A program made the translations under genes and the position numbers. From Patescibacteria group bacterium (GTDB lineage Bacteria > Patescibacteriota > 4484-211): 36,835 nucleotides of DNA. Where the stretch lies: positions 1-36,835 of the forward strand of contig JAHISN010000057.1 in assembly GCA_018818265.1 (NCBI GenBank), written 5' to 3'. Shown here piece after piece: positions 33,509 through 36,835 of the stretch; positions within the stretch are counted from its first letter, which is position 1; every line of letters begins with the position of its first letter. The notes under the pieces were generated by a model. It was not told the origin of the DNA and made no database searches. It was given only the letters and a program-made list of their open reading frames with translations.

Positions 33509-36500
33509 CCATCTTATGCTTTTTTCTTTTCTTGCGCAAAGCTCCGGGTACAAAAAATACCACGCTCATCAACAACCATAACCTTTCTGGAATAACCACC
33601 AAGGTCTGATCAGTACTAGCCACATTGGCAAGATACTGCAGAATCAGCATATCGGTTCTAATTAAATTCTCTACCGGACTGGTGGTGTAGGTTCCTGATG
33701 AAGCATTAAGCGAGGCTCTGATGTAATAAAGGTCGGTCGAACCATTGACTGAGTATTTGCGCCAGTTAGTCGGATTGGCGGTCCAATAAACCGCGCCGTC
33801 TTGAGTGAGGTTGCTGGTACCATCAGTAAAGCCGGTGATTGATTCAAGACTGGCCCAGGCAGTACCGTTCCAATATTCCCAATCTAGATTTAAAGTTCCA
33901 CCGGTAGCACCAGCAGTTTCAAGGTCAACATTCACTCCCGAAAACATAGAGTCGGCGCTAAAGAAAACATATTCCCCCCTATTTGAGGCATCAACCGGCA
34001 CAAAGTCCAAAGTATAATCTTGGGCTTCGGAGAAAAGGTATTCGGAAGAATCGGCTGTATTGCCGCCTTGGGCTAAGGTAGTTGGCTCATCATCGCTGCC
34101 GCCAAAGATCATGATTTCGTCATAAATTCCATCTGCATGGTCACTAATATTAGTGTTGTCAAAATATATTGTTCCATTATCAATATCAAAAGTATTTTTA
34201 AAATCGTCATTATGGGAATGGGTTGGCTCTTGGCCGTTAATAAATATTCTTAGTGTCTCGCCTGATGAAGCTCCTGAATCCCAAGTAACCCTAAGATGTA
34301 CCCACTCTCCAGCAGTAAAGGAATAATCGGTGGGAGCAATCAAAGTATGGAAATAGTCGGCGGCGCCTTGCTCTCCATAGACAAATAAATCATTGCCATC
34401 AACCGCATTTTCTTTAGATAAAACCAAGTAATCGCCTGTTACCGCATCTCTAGCTCTAAATAAGTGATGGAGTAATCCATCAGTATGGCTCCAATTGGGT
34501 TTAAACCAAAATTCTATTGAGCCATTGATTTGGTCAAAATTAGAACTAATATCAGTAATTTCGATTTCGTCATCTGAAGCATTCACCCGGAATCCGTTCC
34601 CGTATTTACCGGGCACAATATCATCTGATTCTATGGTAGCTGTGCTGTAAGTAGTGCCCACGTCCGGAGTAGATATGGCTGAAATGCTTTCACAGCTTGA
34701 GTACCATAATAGCTCGTCGGCAAAATAAGCGTCGGAAATAGGCACATAGTCCACATTATAATCCGTCCCTTCGGTCAGACCTGAACCCTCCATAGTGACT
34801 GAAGAAGGCTTGTCATTCAATTGATACTTTCTAATCTTGTACATCGGTTTATGGCGGTTCATTGAAGAAACCACCGTTCCAATGGCATGGCCGATAACAG
34901 AAAGTTCTCCGCTGGCAGGGATACCAGTAAAGGTAGTCGCCGTTGTGCCCGTATAGGAAAACTTGTCGCCGTCAATATAGGCCACGCTGGGAGCGGTAGG
35001 AAAACCGGTAGTTGAACCAACCGTAATCGAGGTAACACCGGCAACTACCGCCGTGGTGGCAACAGCCGTCGAAGCATTTGCTCCCCCATCAATATCCAAA
35101 TTCACTTGCGAGCCCGAAGCCTCAACCGTATAAACTCCTTCGGCTTCGTTGTAGTGGTCAGGGATGAAGCCGGTGGTCCAGGTGGGTGTACCATACAAGG
35201 TACAATCATTATTGTTGCTTGTTTCATCATAATGAGTAGTACCCGTATTTTCGTCTACTTTCCAATATCCCACCAAATTAGACTCGTTGCCGGTTAACTC
35301 CTTATACATATTTTGTTGAAGATCACTAGCTGACCTCACCGTACTCCACATTCTCCCCTCATCCAGAACCCCGTAAAAGTTAGCCCCAAACCGAAGATTA
35401 CTAAGCGCATCACTCCCAGGTGAACCAACTCCTGCCCCGGAAGTCGCCACATTTACTCCATTCTGAAAAAGTCTAACAATATTATCTGCAGTACTCCAAG
35501 TCATGGTCACATGAACCCATTGCTTGGTCGGAATAGCAGTCGTAGTAACAGCCTCGGCATCCGTATCAGTATAATCAATGAATCCGCTTAAATACCCAGT
35601 AGTAGCATTAACTCTAAGCCGTTTGGTGGCTAAATTCTTATAAAAGATTGAACGATTAGTAGCGTCAATAGCTTCAACATATATCCAAGCTTCCCAAGTC
35701 AAGGCGGTTAAATCATTAATTGAAGAATCCAGCCCACATTCAGTGTAATAACCCAAAGTAGAAGGAAACTTCAACCCCGGGGAGGCAGGCGCATCATTCC
35801 ACTCACTCCCAGTAGTAAAATCCAAAATATCCGGGTTTCTGAAGTCATTGATATAGCCTTCCCGCTCGGCTTCAGTATCCAGATCGTCTTCGGCAAGCAT
35901 CAGGAAAAACCACTTGGCATAGTGTTTACCAATGGTTAGATGATCTTGTTCCCGGGTAGTAATCAAATCTTGGGTTGTTCCTCCGGAAATAACATTGTTT
36001 TCATCCCAAGCCCAAGTATCAGAACCACCGGTATCATCGTACCAACCAGCTCGCATTACACCAACAAAGGCATCCTGGTAGGTATCTGAGCCGGTACCGG
36101 GAAGGACCACATATTTATTGGAATCTTCAAACACTGCCCCGTCAGTGCTTGTATTGCTTTCTGTGCTTCCATCTCCGTAAAGAATAGTAGGGGTAGCAGT
36201 ATCGTCAAAAGCAGCATCAGTTACGTCAGCATATACTCCCAGCCAGTCGTATCCATTTAAACCAACAGCGGTATCTAGGGTTATTCCCGTACTTCGGAAG
36301 TCAGTCATTGTTTCCACAAACATGCCTTCCGTAGTAAACGTGTAATCCTCAACAACTGTAATTTTATCCGTTCCATCGGTTAAGCAAGCTCCTCCGGCAG
36401 CAGTATCAAAACAACCCTCAACTCTTATTTTTACACGGACACTGCTCGATTCTAAAATAGTAGTTGTCCTAGAGGCATCCCACCGCAACAAATACCTTAC

Positions 36501-36833
36501 AGTCGCCTCTACTATATGGGGGCCAACTATTTCATGAGTAGGATTGGGACTGCTATCACTCTGAGCTCGGTCATAGAACAATATATAATCTTGAGTGTCC
36601 CCCGTCTCCATAATCGCCCGGTAGCGATTGGGAACATCGATTTGGATAGAACCTTCGGAAAGACGGATTGCCTCTGAAGTAATCACAAAAGTCTGGTCAT
36701 TGGTAGAAATGTCACCCAGGTATTGGAAAAGGAGAATGTCGGTCCATGCTCTTTTGATCACCGGCGCAGTAGTATAGGCCCCTGAAGAAGTACCTCTCAC
36801 CCAATAAAGAGTTCTCTCGCCGGTGGAATCACC
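33501..36833 (-). CDS. Large acidic Thr/Asp-rich surface protein (5'-truncated by the window edge) with two LamG-like domains and a C-terminal sorting signal
   Basis: Frame stays open to the window edge (GDSTGERTLYWVRG...); LamG motifs TWEAWIY..WVHVTMTW..LDEGRMW and SIEFWFKP..WVHLRVTW..YDEIMIF; ends IPE-hydrophobic-RKKRKKHK. Confidence 0.88.
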   Translation of the reverse strand, partial: GDSTGERTLYWVRGTSSGAYTTAPVIKRAWTDILLFQYLGDISTNDQTFVITSEAIRLSEGSIQIDVPNRYRAIMETGDTQDYILFYDRAQSDSSPNPTHEIVGPHIVEATVRYLLRWDASRTTTILESSSVRVKIRVEGCFDTAAGGACLTDGTDKITVVEDYTFTTEGMFVETMTDFRSTGITLDTAVGLNGYDWLGVYADVTDAAFDDTATPTILYGDGSTESNTSTDGAVFEDSNKYVVLPGTGSDTYQDAFVGVMRAGWYDDTGGSDTWAWDENNVISGGTTQDLITTREQDHLTIGKHYAKWFFLMLAEDDLDTEAEREGYINDFRNPDILDFTTGSEWNDAPASPGLKFPSTLGYYTECGLDSSINDLTALTWEAWIYVEAIDATNRSIFYKNLATKRLRVNATTGYLSGFIDYTDTDAEAVTTTAIPTKQWVHVTMTWSTADNIVRLFQNGVNVATSGAGVGSPGSDALSNLRFGANFYGVLDEGRMWSTVRSASDLQQNMYKELTGNESNLVGYWKVDENTGTTHYDETSNNNDCTLYGTPTWTTGFIPDHYNEAEGVYTVEASGSQVNLDIDGGANASTAVATTAVVAGVTSITVGSTTGFPTAPSVAYIDGDKFSYTGTTATTFTGIPASGELSVIGHAIGTVVSSMNRHKPMYKIRKYQLNDKPSSVTMEGSGLTEGTDYNVDYVPISDAYFADELLWYSSCESISAISTPDVGTTYSTATIESDDIVPGKYGNGFRVNASDDEIEITDISSNFDQINGSIEFWFKPNWSHTDGLLHHLFRARDAVTGDYLVLSKENAVDGNDLFVYGEQGAADYFHTLIAPTDYSFTAGEWVHLRVTWDSGASSGETLRIFINGQEPTHSHNDDFKNTFDIDNGTIYFDNTNISDHADGIYDEIMIFGGSDDEPTTLAQGGNTADSSEYLFSEAQDYTLDFVPVDASNRGEYVFFSADSMFSGVNVDLETAGATGGTLNLDWEYWNGTAWASLESITGFTDGTSNLTQDGAVYWTANPTNWRKYSVNGSTDLYYIRASLNASSGTYTTSPVENLIRTDMLILQYLANVASTDQTLVVIPERLWLLMSVVFFVPGALRKKRKKHKMVK

Positions 36834-36835
36834 CA

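Noticed and set aside
32880-36833. Diversity-generating retroelement (Avd-like gene beside a large surface protein)
   Set aside because: No reverse transcriptase and no TR/VR pair differing at adenines was seen in the window.
1-36835. Alternative genetic code (UGA=Gly) and remaining short overlapping ORFs in the track
   Set aside because: TGA terminates conserved genes at expected lengths; the other short ORFs are antisense or out-of-frame shadows of recognised genes.

Overview
Bacterial chromosomal window, genetic code 11. Gene content and style suggest a Patescibacteria/CPR genome, probably Microgenomates/WWE3-like (inference): nusB-rnc-rpsP-KH, pilMNO, PheT without the B2 domain, ThrRS without the TGS domain, a CPR-type pilin and an SDR-DUF4012 fusion. 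Most genes are housekeeping (pheST, rplT-rpmI-infC-thrS, map, rarA, trxA-gap, pcrA, rpsO-pnp). Four layers stand out. (1) Several short palindrome and tandem-repeat families sit in intergenic regions and also in frame inside genes, including a 72-aa nested-repeat insert next to the ThrRS editing motif, several inserts in PheT and a ~150-bp double-hairpin mini-element in a DUF2156 gene. (2) At the right end, a giant LamG surface protein ends in an IPE-TM-basic sorting signal and lies next to a short exosortase/archaeosortase; the two are separated by a four-helix-bundle (Avd-like) gene bounded by 9-mer repeat arrays. (3) Many core genes appear leaderless, including infC with a probable ATC start. 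(4) A small accessory island at 14.7-17.8 kb holds unannotated small ORFs and a uORF/attenuator upstream of an MFS transporter. No rRNA, tRNA, CRISPR array, transposase or reverse transcriptase was seen.
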